This document shows, piece by piece, positions 1 to 8,899 of a DNA stretch of 64,000 bases; within the stretch, counting starts at the first letter, position 1, and every line of letters starts with the position of its first letter. A program made the translations under genes and the position numbers. Where the stretch lies: assembly GCA_964244765.1 (NCBI GenBank), contig CAXTJX010000005.1:4606-68605 (forward strand), in the 5' to 3' direction. The DNA is from an uncultured Sphingomonas sp. (GTDB taxonomy: Bacteria > Pseudomonadota > Alphaproteobacteria > Sphingomonadales > Sphingomonadaceae). Under the pieces are notes generated by a model, which was not told where the DNA came from, searched no databases, and worked only from the letters and a program-made list of their open reading frames with translations.

Positions 1-1053
1 CGCGACGACGGTGCCGCCCGGGCACATGCAGAAGCTGTAGGCGGTGCGGCCGTTCCCGGCGTGATGCGAGAGGTGATATTCGGCCGCCCCCAGGATCGGG
101 TTGCCGGCATTGGGGCCGAAGCGCGCATCGTCGATCCACGATTGCGGATGCTCGATCCGCACGCCGATCGAGAATGGCTTGGCCTCGATCTGCACGCCCG
201 CCGCGTGCAGCATGTGGAACGTGTCGCGCGCGCTGTGCCCGATCGCGAGCACGACTTGCTCGGCTTCCAGATACGCGCCCCCCACCGCAGCGCCGTGGAG
301 GTGCAACCCGCGCACGCGCCGCGCGCCGCGCGCGTCGGTCGCCACGTCGAGCCCGTCGACGCGCGTGCCGAAGCGGTATTCGCCGCCCAGCGCCTCGACG
401 CTCGCGCGCATGTTCTCGACCATCGTCACCAGGCGGAAGGTGCCGATATGCGGGTGCGCCTCTGTCAATATCTCGGGCGGGGCGCCCGCGCGCACGAACT
501 CGATCAGCACCTTGCGGTCGAGATGGCGCGGCTCCTTGATCCGGCTGTAGAGCTTGCCGTCGGAAAAGGTGCCCGCGCCGCCCTCGCCGAACTGCGCGTT
601 GCTTTCGGGCTCGAGCACGCTCCCGCGCCACAGGGCCCAGGTGTCCCTGGTCCGCTCGCGCACGACCTTGCCGCGATCGAGGATGATCGGGCGGAACCCC
701 ATCTGCGCGAGGATCAGCCCGGCGAACAGGCCGCACGGCCCGGTCCCCACCACCACCGGACGCGGCCCGCGATAGTCCGCGACCTTGGCGACGAAACGGT
801 AGCTGGTGTCGGGCGTGCGCTGGACGTGCCGGTCCTTCCTGCAGCGTGCGAGGACGGCGGCCTCGTCGCGCAGCGTCGCGTCGATCGAATAGACCAACTG
901 GATATCGGTCTTGTCGCGCGCGTCGTGCGCGCGCCTGGCGACGGCGTAGCGCACCAGATCGCGGGGGCTTATGCGCAGCCGCTTGCGGATCGCGGCGGCC
1001 AGTTCCTCGTCGGCATGGTGGAGCGGCAGGCGCAGGTCGGCGATACGGAGCAT
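1..1053 (-). CDS. NAD(P)/FAD-dependent oxidoreductase (COG2509-like), runs off window edge
   Basis: Manual translation from ATG 1053: MLRIADLRLPL...VVGTGPCGLFAG (Rossmann motif), QFGEGGAGTFSDGKL, SFCMCPGG. Confidence 0.85.
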   Translation of the reverse strand, partial: MLRIADLRLPLHHADEELAAAIRKRLRISPRDLVRYAVARRAHDARDKTDIQLVYSIDATLRDEAAVLARCRKDRHVQRTPDTSYRFVAKVADYRGPRPVVVGTGPCGLFAGLILAQMGFRPIILDRGKVVRERTRDTWALWRGSVLEPESNAQFGEGGAGTFSDGKLYSRIKEPRHLDRKVLIEFVRAGAPPEILTEAHPHIGTFRLVTMVENMRASVEALGGEYRFGTRVDGLDVATDARGARRVRGLHLHGAAVGGAYLEAEQVVLAIGHSARDTFHMLHAAGVQIEAKPFSIGVRIEHPQSWIDDARFGPNAGNPILGAAEYHLSHHAGNGRTAYSFCMCPGGTVVA

Positions 1054-1109
1054 GGCCGGGGCTATAGCGATCGGGTGCCCGTTCGGCACGCGCGATCGTG
1101 CGGGGTCCG

Positions 1110-1919
1110 CTATCGCAGGACCGGATAGCCGGACGCGATCGCCGCGATCTCGATCGCGCGGACGGACGCGTAGCGCTCCACCCCGCCCGGGATGACATGG
1201 CCGAGAAAGAGCGCGTCGCGCGCCTCGCCCAGCGCCGGGTCGGTGGCCGCGTCGGCCAGCGCCATGCGCAAGGCGGCGACCGTCTCGATGCTCGTCGACC
1301 GCGCGGTGACGAACGGCAACGTCGCCGACGACGCGGTGCGGTCGACGATGCGCAACCCGGCGATCGCATCCGGCTCGAAACGGCGCAGCGCGGCATAGGT
1401 AAGCGCGTCGATCGCCGCGATGTCGGCCTCGCCGCCAAGCACCGCCGCGATGCTGGCGCGGTGCGCGCCCGTCTCCACCACCGCGCCGAAGAATCTGCCG
1501 TCGCGCGCCAGCGGGGCGACCGCGGCGCGCAACAGATTGTACCCGCTGTTCGAGTGGCGCGCGTTGATCGCGGCGCGGCGTCCGCGATAGTCGGCCAGCG
1601 TCGCCGCGCCGTCGCCCTGCCGGCCGACGATGTAGCTGACATGCTCGCCCGCGCCGCAATCGGGCGCGTCGTAGACGGGCACGCCGACGACGCGGAGCGC
1701 AAGCGCGGGATCGCTGACCAGCGGATAACCGCACGCCTGGCCGAGCAGCAAATGCGGGTCGCGCCAGATCGCCTCGACCGGACGCGAGCGATCGAGCGCG
1801 GCCGGCGCCGCGATGCCGCGCGCGCCGAGCCGCCGCGCGATCTCCGCCCACAGCCGGTCGTTCGCGGCGTGCTGCGCCGGGTGATCGTACATGCCGAGCG
1901 AGGCGACCGCCTTGCTCAA
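1110..1919 (-). CDS. PhnD/SsuA/transferrin-fold protein without signal peptide
   Basis: ASLGMYD, GQACGYP, SNSGYN, ADIAAID motifs; overlaps desaturase stop codon. Confidence 0.75.
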   Translation of the reverse strand: MSKAVASLGMYDHPAQHAANDRLWAEIARRLGARGIAAPAALDRSRPVEAIWRDPHLLLGQACGYPLVSDPALALRVVGVPVYDAPDCGAGEHVSYIVGRQGDGAATLADYRGRRAAINARHSNSGYNLLRAAVAPLARDGRFFGAVVETGAHRASIAAVLGGEADIAAIDALTYAALRRFEPDAIAGLRIVDRTASSATLPFVTARSTSIETVAALRMALADAATDPALGEARDALFLGHVIPGGVERYASVRAIEIAAIASGYPVLR

Positions 1920-2830
1920 CCCCGCGCACCGTCATGCGCCGGATGGACCAGCACATGGTGCCGCCGCAGCACGAAGCGCCGGACGATCGCGCCATAGCCG
2001 CGATAGGCCGGCATCCCCCCGATGGTCAGCCGGGCGCGGTAATGCCGGTGATAGGCGGGCAAGCGATACCAGGCGAGGTCGGGCCGGTCGTGATGCGCGG
2101 CGTGGAGATTGTTGTTGAGATACAGCAGGCCCAGCAGCCCGCCGCGCTCGACCGTCGCGGCGCGGCCCGGCACCGCGAGATCGGCGCGGTGCTCCGCGAA
2201 GGACCGCAACAGCGTCAGCGCCATGCCGGGATAGACGAACAGCAGGAGATACCGGCCCACGTCCAACCCCACCCAGCCGAGCCACCCGATCATCATTGCC
2301 ACGCCGGCGAGATGCGGAAGCCAGTCGCGCGCGACGGCACGCGGCGCGCGCGTCACGCGCGCCAGCTCCTCGCCGAACAGCGCCGCGACTGCGAGCGGCG
2401 GACCGAGCAGCAGGCGCCCGAGCAACGTCGCCTGTGCGCGTGCAGCCAGCGCGGCGATGCCGCCGCCACGCACGACATAGCGCGATTCGGGGTCTAGCGC
2501 CGGGTCGGTGATCGCGGGGCTGCGATGATGCGCGATGTGGCTGCGGCGATAGAGCGCGTACGGCAGCCAGAGCGACAGCGGCGGGAAGCCGATGGCGGTG
2601 TTGACCAGGTGCGAGCGCGTCGGGTGGCCGTGGATCGTCTCGTGCTGGAGCGAGCCGTGCCATGCGATCAGCCACGCCCCGACCGGCACCAGCAGCGGCG
2701 CGGGGATCGCCGCATGCCAGAAGGTCGCCGCCAGCCAGCCGCCATAGATCGCCGCCGCGACGAGCACGGTCGGGATTTCGATCGCCGCGCCACGCCTTTT
2801 CGGGTGCCGTTTTCGATCCCGCGCCGTCAT
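1916..2830 (-). CDS. Fatty-acid desaturase-like membrane di-iron protein
   Basis: His boxes HETIH, HIAHH, HAAHH and hydrophobic segments. Confidence 0.85.
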   Translation of the reverse strand: MTARDRKRHPKRRGAAIEIPTVLVAAAIYGGWLAATFWHAAIPAPLLVPVGAWLIAWHGSLQHETIHGHPTRSHLVNTAIGFPPLSLWLPYALYRRSHIAHHRSPAITDPALDPESRYVVRGGGIAALAARAQATLLGRLLLGPPLAVAALFGEELARVTRAPRAVARDWLPHLAGVAMMIGWLGWVGLDVGRYLLLFVYPGMALTLLRSFAEHRADLAVPGRAATVERGGLLGLLYLNNNLHAAHHDRPDLAWYRLPAYHRHYRARLTIGGMPAYRGYGAIVRRFVLRRHHVLVHPAHDGARG

Positions 2831-3459
2831 GCCGGTTGCTTGACCGTGCGCAGATAGGGCTTGGCAGTCGTCCAGCCGTCCGGGAACAGCGCGCGCGCCG
2901 CGGCGTCGTCGACCGCCGGCAGGATGATGACGTCCTCGCCCTGCCGCCAGTTCGCCGGCGTCGCGACCTTGTGGCGATCGGTCAGGTGCAGGCTGTCGAT
3001 CGTGCGCAGGATCTCGGCGAAATTGCGGCCGGTCGAGGCGGGATAGGTGAGGGTCAGGCGCAGCTTCTTGTGCGGATCGATCACCAGCACCGTGCGCACC
3101 GTCGTCGTGTCGGACGCAGCTGGATGGATCAGGTCGAGCAAGGTCGACACGCTGCGGTCGGCATCGGCGATCAGCGGGAAGTTGAGCGCGTGCCCTTGCG
3201 TCTCGGCGATATCCGCCGCCCAGCGTTCATGGCTGTCGAGCGGATCGACCGACAGGCCGACGACCTTGACGTTGCGCGCGTCGAACTCGGGCTTCAGCGC
3301 GGCGACCGCGCCCAGCTCGGTCGTGCACACCGGCGTGAAGTCCCTGGGGTGCGAGAACAGCACCACCCAGCTCTCCCCGGCCCATTCGTGGAAGCGGAAA
3401 CGGCCCTCGGTCGATCCTTGCGAAAAATCGGGAACGGTATCTCCAAGCTTCAACGACAT
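2827..3459 (-). CDS. 1-Cys peroxiredoxin (Prx6/LsfA type)
   Basis: FSHPRDFTPVCTTELG, YPASTGRNF, ATPANW motifs. Confidence 0.95.
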   Translation of the reverse strand: MSLKLGDTVPDFSQGSTEGRFRFHEWAGESWVVLFSHPRDFTPVCTTELGAVAALKPEFDARNVKVVGLSVDPLDSHERWAADIAETQGHALNFPLIADADRSVSTLLDLIHPAASDTTTVRTVLVIDPHKKLRLTLTYPASTGRNFAEILRTIDSLHLTDRHKVATPANWRQGEDVIILPAVDDAAARALFPDGWTTAKPYLRTVKQPA

Positions 3460-3485
3460 TGGCTTTCTCCTGGCAGGCCACTATA

Positions 3486-3537
3486 ATCTACCTAAACGAT
3501 AGGAATTGAAGCGGCGCAAATCTATCGATGCGATAAG
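3486..3537. promoter_or_regulatory. Two candidate operator boxes CTAY-N7-ATAR in the divergent Prx/mtn promoter
   Basis: ATCTACCTAAACGATAGGAAT (3486-3506) and AATCTATCGATGCGATAAG (3519-3537); AT-rich patch; similar box upstream of cysE. Confidence 0.4.
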
Positions 3538-3673
3538 CTGCGCTACTGGCGCAGGTGCGGCGGCGGCTATTCACCGCGATGGGCATGACGCTTTTGCACT
3601 GCGCAGCGGGCGCGGGAGGCGGTATAGCGGCGCCCGCTCACCTTCGCCGCGCGTCAACAACGGGACAGTCGCC

Positions 3674-4822
3674 TTGCCACCGCCCACGACCATCTTCGAG
3701 CGTCAGTCGCGTCTCGCCCAGCAGCTTGGCGCGATCAATCTCGGCCAGGGTTTTCCCGACATGGCGAGCATCGGGCACGGGCCGCGCGCATTGCTCGATG
3801 CCGCCGCGCGCGCGCTGACCGGGCGTTCCAACCAATATCCGCCGATGCGCGGGCTGCCCGCCCTGCGCGAGGCGATCGCCGGTTATTATGCGCGCGAGCA
3901 GGGGCTGACGATCGCACCGGAGGACGTCGTCGTCACCTCCGGTGCGACCGAGGCGCTCGCCGCGGCCTTCCTCGCTTTGGTGCGGCCCGGCGACGAAGTG
4001 GTGCTGGTCCAGCCGCTGTACGACGCGTATCTGCCGCTGGTCGAGCGGGCGGGCGGCGTGGCGCGGCTGATCGACTTGACGCCGCCCGACTGGACCTTGC
4101 CGATCGCGGCGCTGGCCGCGGCGATCAACGACAGGACGCGCGTGCTGGCGCTCAACACGCCCAACAATCCCGCGGGCAGCATCATCGGCGTCGGGGAATG
4201 GCACGCCATCGCGGACCTGTGCGTGCGACACGACGTGACGCTGATCTGCGACGAAGTGTGGGAAGCGATGGTGTTCGACGGCCGGCACGTCTCGCCGCTG
4301 TCGATCCCGGCCTTGCGCGACCGTACGGTCAAGATCGGCTCGGCCGGCAAGATCTTCTCGCTCACCGGGTGGAAGGTCGGGTGGGCCTGCGCCGCGCCCG
4401 CGCTGGCCGACGCCATCGCGGCGACGCACCAGTTCCTCACCTTCACCACCGCGACGCCGCTACAATGGGCGGTGGCGGAGGGATTGGCGCTCCCGTCCGA
4501 GTGGCACGTCGCGCACCGCGACGATTACGCCCGGGCGCGTGCGTACCTCGCCGGGCGGCTGGCGGCGGCGGGCTATGTCGTCCTGCCGAGCCGGGCGACC
4601 TGGTTCCTGATCGTCGATCTGGCCGCCTCCGGCATCGCCTTGAGCGACGAGGAATTCGCGCACCGCGTGCTGGTCGAGGCGGGAGTGGCGACCATTCCCG
4701 TTTCCGCCTTTTACGCGCAGACGCCGCAGACGGATTATGTGCGCTTGTGCTTCGCCAAGGACGAGGACGTGCTCGCGCGTGCCGCCGATAAGCTCGCGGC
4801 GTTCCGGCAGAACGTGCTGTGA
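3674..4822 (+). CDS. mtnE: Class I PLP aminotransferase (YbdL/MtnE-like methionine transaminase)
   Basis: INLGQGFPD, NTPNNP, SAGKIFSLTGWKVGW; first gene of mtn operon; TTG start inferred. Confidence 0.75.
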   Translation: MPPPTTIFERQSRLAQQLGAINLGQGFPDMASIGHGPRALLDAAARALTGRSNQYPPMRGLPALREAIAGYYAREQGLTIAPEDVVVTSGATEALAAAFLALVRPGDEVVLVQPLYDAYLPLVERAGGVARLIDLTPPDWTLPIAALAAAINDRTRVLALNTPNNPAGSIIGVGEWHAIADLCVRHDVTLICDEVWEAMVFDGRHVSPLSIPALRDRTVKIGSAGKIFSLTGWKVGWACAAPALADAIAATHQFLTFTTATPLQWAVAEGLALPSEWHVAHRDDYARARAYLAGRLAAAGYVVLPSRATWFLIVDLAASGIALSDEEFAHRVLVEAGVATIPVSAFYAQTPQTDYVRLCFAKDEDVLARAADKLAAFRQNVL

Positions 4823-5442
4823 CGGCGTTCGAGACCGCCACGCACGCGATCGTCGAGGTCGGCACGCGGCTCGACCGGCGCGGCCTCGCGCCGGCGACGG
4901 CCGGTAATTATTCGGTGCGCCTGCCCGACGGGACGATCGCGCTGACCGTGTCGGGCGGGCACAAGGGACGGCTGCAACCGGCACAGATCATGCGCGCGAG
5001 CGCGGACGGGGTCGCGCTCGACGGCAAGCGGCCGTCCGCCGAGACGCCGCTGCATTGCCTGATCTACGCACTCGACCCCAGCGCCGGCGGCATCCTGCAC
5101 ACGCATTCGGTGACGGGCGTCGTGCTCAGCCGTGCGCTCGGCGGCGCCGGCGAGATCGTGTTTGACGGCTACGAGTTGCTCAAGGTATTTCCCGGCATCG
5201 ACACGCATGCGGCGCGCGTCGCGATTCCGCTGGTCGAGAACAGCCAGGACATGGCGGCCCTGGCGGCGGTGCTGCGCCCGCTGCTGGCGGCGCAGGATCC
5301 GCTCGTCCCGGCGTTCTACATCCGGGGTCACGGCCTGTACGCCTGGGGACGGACGATCGCTGAGGCGGAACATGTGGTGGAAGCGGTCGAGTATCTGCTC
5401 GCCTGCGAATGGGAAATGCTGAAACTGGAGCGGGCACGATGA
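4819..5442 (+). CDS. mtnB: Methylthioribulose-1-phosphate dehydratase
   Basis: PATAGNYS, PSAETPLH, LHTHS, GHGLYAWG. Confidence 0.93.
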   Translation: MTAFETATHAIVEVGTRLDRRGLAPATAGNYSVRLPDGTIALTVSGGHKGRLQPAQIMRASADGVALDGKRPSAETPLHCLIYALDPSAGGILHTHSVTGVVLSRALGGAGEIVFDGYELLKVFPGIDTHAARVAIPLVENSQDMAALAAVLRPLLAAQDPLVPAFYIRGHGLYAWGRTIAEAEHVVEAVEYLLACEWEMLKLERAR

Positions 5443-5990
5443 CGACCCTGACCCTGTACGATGTCGCCGCGCCGCATGCGCGCCAGGCCGAGACGACGGA
5501 CGCGGCCGAGATCGCCGCGCTGCTCGCCCCGCTCGGCATCCGTTTCGAGCGCTGGCATGCGAGCGCGAAACTGCCCGAGGATGCCAGCGACGACGACGTG
5601 ATCAGCGCGTATCGCGGCGATATCGACCGGCTGATGGCGGAAGGCGGCTATCGCTCGTGCGACGTCATGCGCCTGCTGCCCGACAATCCGGCGCGCGACA
5701 CCTTGCGCACAAAATTCCTCGACGAGCATGTTCACAGCGAGGACGAAGTGCGGTTCTTCGTCGAGGGATCGGGCGTGTTCTACATCCGCGGACCGGATGC
5801 GGTCTACGCGCTGGAATGCACGCGCGACGATCTCATCGCGGTGCCGGAAGGGACGCGCCACTGGTTCGACATGGGGCCCGCGCCGCGCTTCACCGCGATC
5901 CGCCTGTTCGCCGAGCCCGACGGCTGGATCGCCAGCTTCACCGGCGACACGATCGCGCGCGGCGTGCCGCTGTACGAGGGTGCCGCGTGA
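5439..5990 (+). CDS. mtnD: Acireductone dioxygenase
   Basis: FLDEHVHSEDEVRFF, HWFDMG cupin motifs; ATGA coupling. Confidence 0.95.
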   Translation: MTTLTLYDVAAPHARQAETTDAAEIAALLAPLGIRFERWHASAKLPEDASDDDVISAYRGDIDRLMAEGGYRSCDVMRLLPDNPARDTLRTKFLDEHVHSEDEVRFFVEGSGVFYIRGPDAVYALECTRDDLIAVPEGTRHWFDMGPAPRFTAIRLFAEPDGWIASFTGDTIARGVPLYEGAA

Positions 5991-6670
5991 CCCTGCGCGC
6001 GATCCTCACGGATATCGAGGGCACCACGTCCGACATCGCCTTCGTGCAGGACGTGCTGTTCCCCCATGCGCGCGCGCGCCTGGCCGGGTTCGTCGCGGCG
6101 AATGCGCAACGCCTGGCGCGCGAGCTGGAACAGGTTCGCGACGAGGCCGGGGAGCGGCTGGATCTCGACGGCTGTATCGCGCAACTGCTCGCGTGGCACG
6201 ATGCCGATCGCAAGGTGACGCCGCTCAAGACCCTTCAGGGGATGATCTGGGCCACCGGCTATGCCGACGGAACGCTGGTCGGCCATGTCTATCCCGACGC
6301 GGTCGCGGCGCTCGAGCGCTGGCATGCGCAGGGCATCGCGCTCTACGTCTATTCCTCCGGCTCGGTCGCCGCGCAGAAACTGCTGTTCGCGCATACGCCG
6401 CGGGGCGATCTGACGCCGCTTTTCTCGGGCTATTTCGATACGGGCGTCGGCGGCAAGCGCGAGCGTGAATCGTATCACGAGATCGCGCGGCGGATCGGCC
6501 TTCCCGCGTCCGACATCCTCTTCCTTTCCGATGTCGCGGCCGAACTGGCGGCGGCGCGCGAGGCCGGGTTCGGCGTGGTGCTGGTCACGCGAGACGGCCA
6601 GTCGAACGCGGATGGCTATCCCGCCGCGAGCAGCTTCGACGCGATCGTCCCGGAACAGGCACCGGCATGA
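5987..6670 (+). CDS. mtnC: Enolase-phosphatase E1
   Basis: TDIEGTT, LKTLQGMIW, YSSGSVAAQKLLF, FLSD; GTGA coupling. Confidence 0.95.
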   Translation: MTLRAILTDIEGTTSDIAFVQDVLFPHARARLAGFVAANAQRLARELEQVRDEAGERLDLDGCIAQLLAWHDADRKVTPLKTLQGMIWATGYADGTLVGHVYPDAVAALERWHAQGIALYVYSSGSVAAQKLLFAHTPRGDLTPLFSGYFDTGVGGKRERESYHEIARRIGLPASDILFLSDVAAELAAAREAGFGVVLVTRDGQSNADGYPAASSFDAIVPEQAPA

Positions 6671-7755
6671 TCCTCGACGGCGTCAGGACGCGCTCGATCT
6701 GGCTGAACGACGATGGCTGGAGCGTCGGCATCTTCGACCAGCGCAAGCTCCCCTGGACGGTCGAACGCCTGACGCTGACGACGCTGGACGACTGCGCCCA
6801 CGCCATCGCCGACATGGCGACGCGCGGGGCGCCGCTGATCGGCGCGGTCGCCGCGTACGGGCTGGCGCTGGCGCTCCGGGCCGACGCCGGCGATGGCGCG
6901 CTGGAACATGCTTGGCGCCAGTTGCTCGCGACGCGCCCGACCGCGGTCAATTTGCGCTGGGCGCTCGATCGCGCGCGTGCCGCCGTCACCCATCTCTCGC
7001 CGGCGGATCGCACCGCCGCGGCCTATGCCTGCGCCGCGGCGATCTGCGACGAGGATGTGCGGGTCAACGACGCGATCGGCCGCGCCGGGCTGCCGATCCT
7101 CCGGGACCTCGCCGCGCGCAACCCCGGCCGGCCGGTCAACGTGCTGACGCATTGCAATGCCGGGTGGCTGGCGACGGTCGACTGGGGCACCGCGACCGCG
7201 CCGCTGTACCGGGCGCATGATCTCGGGTTGCCGGTGCATGTCTGGGTGGACGAGACGCGCCCGCGCAACCAGGGCGCGCTGACCGCGCTGGAACTGAGTG
7301 GCCACGGCGTGCCGCACAGCTATATCGCCGATAACGCCGGTGGCCTGCTGATGCAGCGCGGACAGGTCGATCTGGTGATCGTCGGCACCGACCGCGTCAC
7401 CCGCAACGGCGACGTGTGCAACAAGATCGGTACGTACCTGAAGGCGCTGGCGGCGCACGACAACGGCATCCCCTTCGTCGTCGCATTGCCCTTCTCGACC
7501 TATGACGCGACCACCGCCGATGGCGCGTCGGTGCAGGTCGAGGAACGCGCGCCCGACGAAGTGCGGTGGCTGCACGGGCCGGACGAGGCCGGCACGATGC
7601 GCCGCATCGCCGCCACGCGGTCGGCGGCGCGCAACCCGGCGTTCGACATCACGCCGGTGCGTCTCGTGAGCGAATACATCACCGAAAAAGGCCGCATCGC
7701 CGACGCTGCCGCGCTGTACGCCGCGTTTGGCGAAGACACGCTCATCCCCGCATAA
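6667..7755 (+). CDS. mtnA: Methylthioribose-1-phosphate isomerase
   Basis: RGAPLIG, RPTAVNL, LTHCNAG, DETRP, NKIGTY, NPAFDITP. Confidence 0.95.
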   Translation: MILDGVRTRSIWLNDDGWSVGIFDQRKLPWTVERLTLTTLDDCAHAIADMATRGAPLIGAVAAYGLALALRADAGDGALEHAWRQLLATRPTAVNLRWALDRARAAVTHLSPADRTAAAYACAAAICDEDVRVNDAIGRAGLPILRDLAARNPGRPVNVLTHCNAGWLATVDWGTATAPLYRAHDLGLPVHVWVDETRPRNQGALTALELSGHGVPHSYIADNAGGLLMQRGQVDLVIVGTDRVTRNGDVCNKIGTYLKALAAHDNGIPFVVALPFSTYDATTADGASVQVEERAPDEVRWLHGPDEAGTMRRIAATRSAARNPAFDITPVRLVSEYITEKGRIADAAALYAAFGEDTLIPA

Positions 7756-7758
7756 AAT

Positions 7759-7783
7759 GGCCCGGCAACCAGATTGCCGGGCC
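7759..7783. terminator. Hairpin between convergent mtnA and lipoprotein genes
   Basis: GGCCCGGCAA-N5-TTGCCGGGCC; T-run follows on minus strand. Confidence 0.6.
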
Positions 7784-7842
7784 GGAGTCTACGCTTGGGA
7801 GCTTACCATGCGCGTCCTGTGCCCGCCGGTGGCGGGAAACTG

Positions 7843-8094
7843 TTACTGGGCGTTGCCGACCGCGACGGCGGCATTGTCCGTCCCGCCCGCGGCGTCATTG
7901 GCGAACGGGTCCGCGCCCGCGGCATTCGCATCGACGCCGTTGGCGTCCACACCCGCGCCTGCAGCGCCGATCTCGTCGTTCGCGTTGATGTCGGCGGTTG
8001 CGCTGTTGTTCGCGACGTCGTCATGCTTGGCACAGGCCGAGACGGCGAGCAGCGCTGCGGCGAGCGCCGGCAACACCAGGGTGATCTTCTTCAT
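7843..8094 (-). CDS. Small Asn/Asp/Ala-rich lipoprotein
   Basis: MKKITLVLPALAAALLAVSAC lipobox; SD GAAGGAG upstream. Confidence 0.75.
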   Translation of the reverse strand: MKKITLVLPALAAALLAVSACAKHDDVANNSATADINANDEIGAAGAGVDANGVDANAAGADPFANDAAGGTDNAAVAVGNAQ

Positions 8095-8125
8095 GCATAC
8101 TCCTTCTGCGTGGTGGATCGTGAAA

Positions 8126-8899
8126 TCAACGTGCGCTCGCCGCGGCGCGTAGCGAGGAGCCGACCAGCGCGAAGAACGCGCGGCTTTCGGCCGAGCGATC
8201 GACGTTCCATTCGGGATGCCATTGCACCGCCAGCACGTCGCCGCCGCACGGCTGCGCCCGGATCGCCTCGACCAGCCCGTCATCGGCGGCCGTCGCTTCG
8301 ACCGACAGGCCCGTGCCGAGCCGGTCGATGCCCTGCTCGTGCACCGAATTGACCGACATGCGCCGGCGCCCGATCGAGCGGGCAAGCAGCCCGCCGTCGT
8401 TCAGTTCGACATCGTGGCAATGGCCGAACAGCTCGTCGAAGCAGCCGTCCCACGATCCGCGATGGTGCCGCCCGCGGCAGCAATCGGTGGAGAGCGTGCC
8501 GCCGAACAGCACGTTGATCTCCTGCAGGCCGCGACAGATGCCGAACACCGGCTTGCCCGCCTCGATCATCCGCCCGGCCAGCGCCAGCGCGACTTCGTCG
8601 CGTTCGGGGTCGGTCTGCTGCCCGGCCGGCAGCGCCGCGCCGCCATAGCGTTCGGGCGCGACGTTGGAGCGCGATCCGGTCAGCAACAGCCCGTCGAGCA
8701 TCAGGGTAAGCGCGATGATATCGGCGCCGTCGCCCACCGCCGGCACCAGCACCACCGTCGCGTCCGACAGGCGCGACAGCGGCGCGATGAAGCGCGTCGC
8801 GACGGTCTGCACCGGCCGCTCGAGCGCCTCGTTGCAGCACAGCACTCCGACGACCGGTCGTGCGGGCGGTCGTGCGGGCGGTCGCGCGGCCATACTCAT
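8126..8899 (-). CDS. Gamma-glutamyl-gamma-aminobutyrate hydrolase family (PuuD/peptidase C26)
   Basis: GICRGLQEIN nucleophile elbow, VNSVHEQG, VQWHPE. Confidence 0.9.
   Translation of the reverse strand: MSMAARPPARPPARPVVGVLCCNEALERPVQTVATRFIAPLSRLSDATVVLVPAVGDGADIIALTLMLDGLLLTGSRSNVAPERYGGAALPAGQQTDPERDEVALALAGRMIEAGKPVFGICRGLQEINVLFGGTLSTDCCRGRHHRGSWDGCFDELFGHCHDVELNDGGLLARSIGRRRMSVNSVHEQGIDRLGTGLSVEATAADDGLVEAIRAQPCGGDVLAVQWHPEWNVDRSAESRAFFALVGSSLRAAASAR

Noticed and set aside
61-1128. Long ORF-track frames antisense to real genes (also 55395-58184, 13392-15086)
   Set aside because: Shadow ORFs of GC-rich coding strands with no family motifs
3540-3673. Possible SAM/SAH riboswitch before the mtn operon
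   Set aside because: No recognisable SAM-II, SAM-SAH or SAH core motifs by eye; an Rfam scan would be decisive
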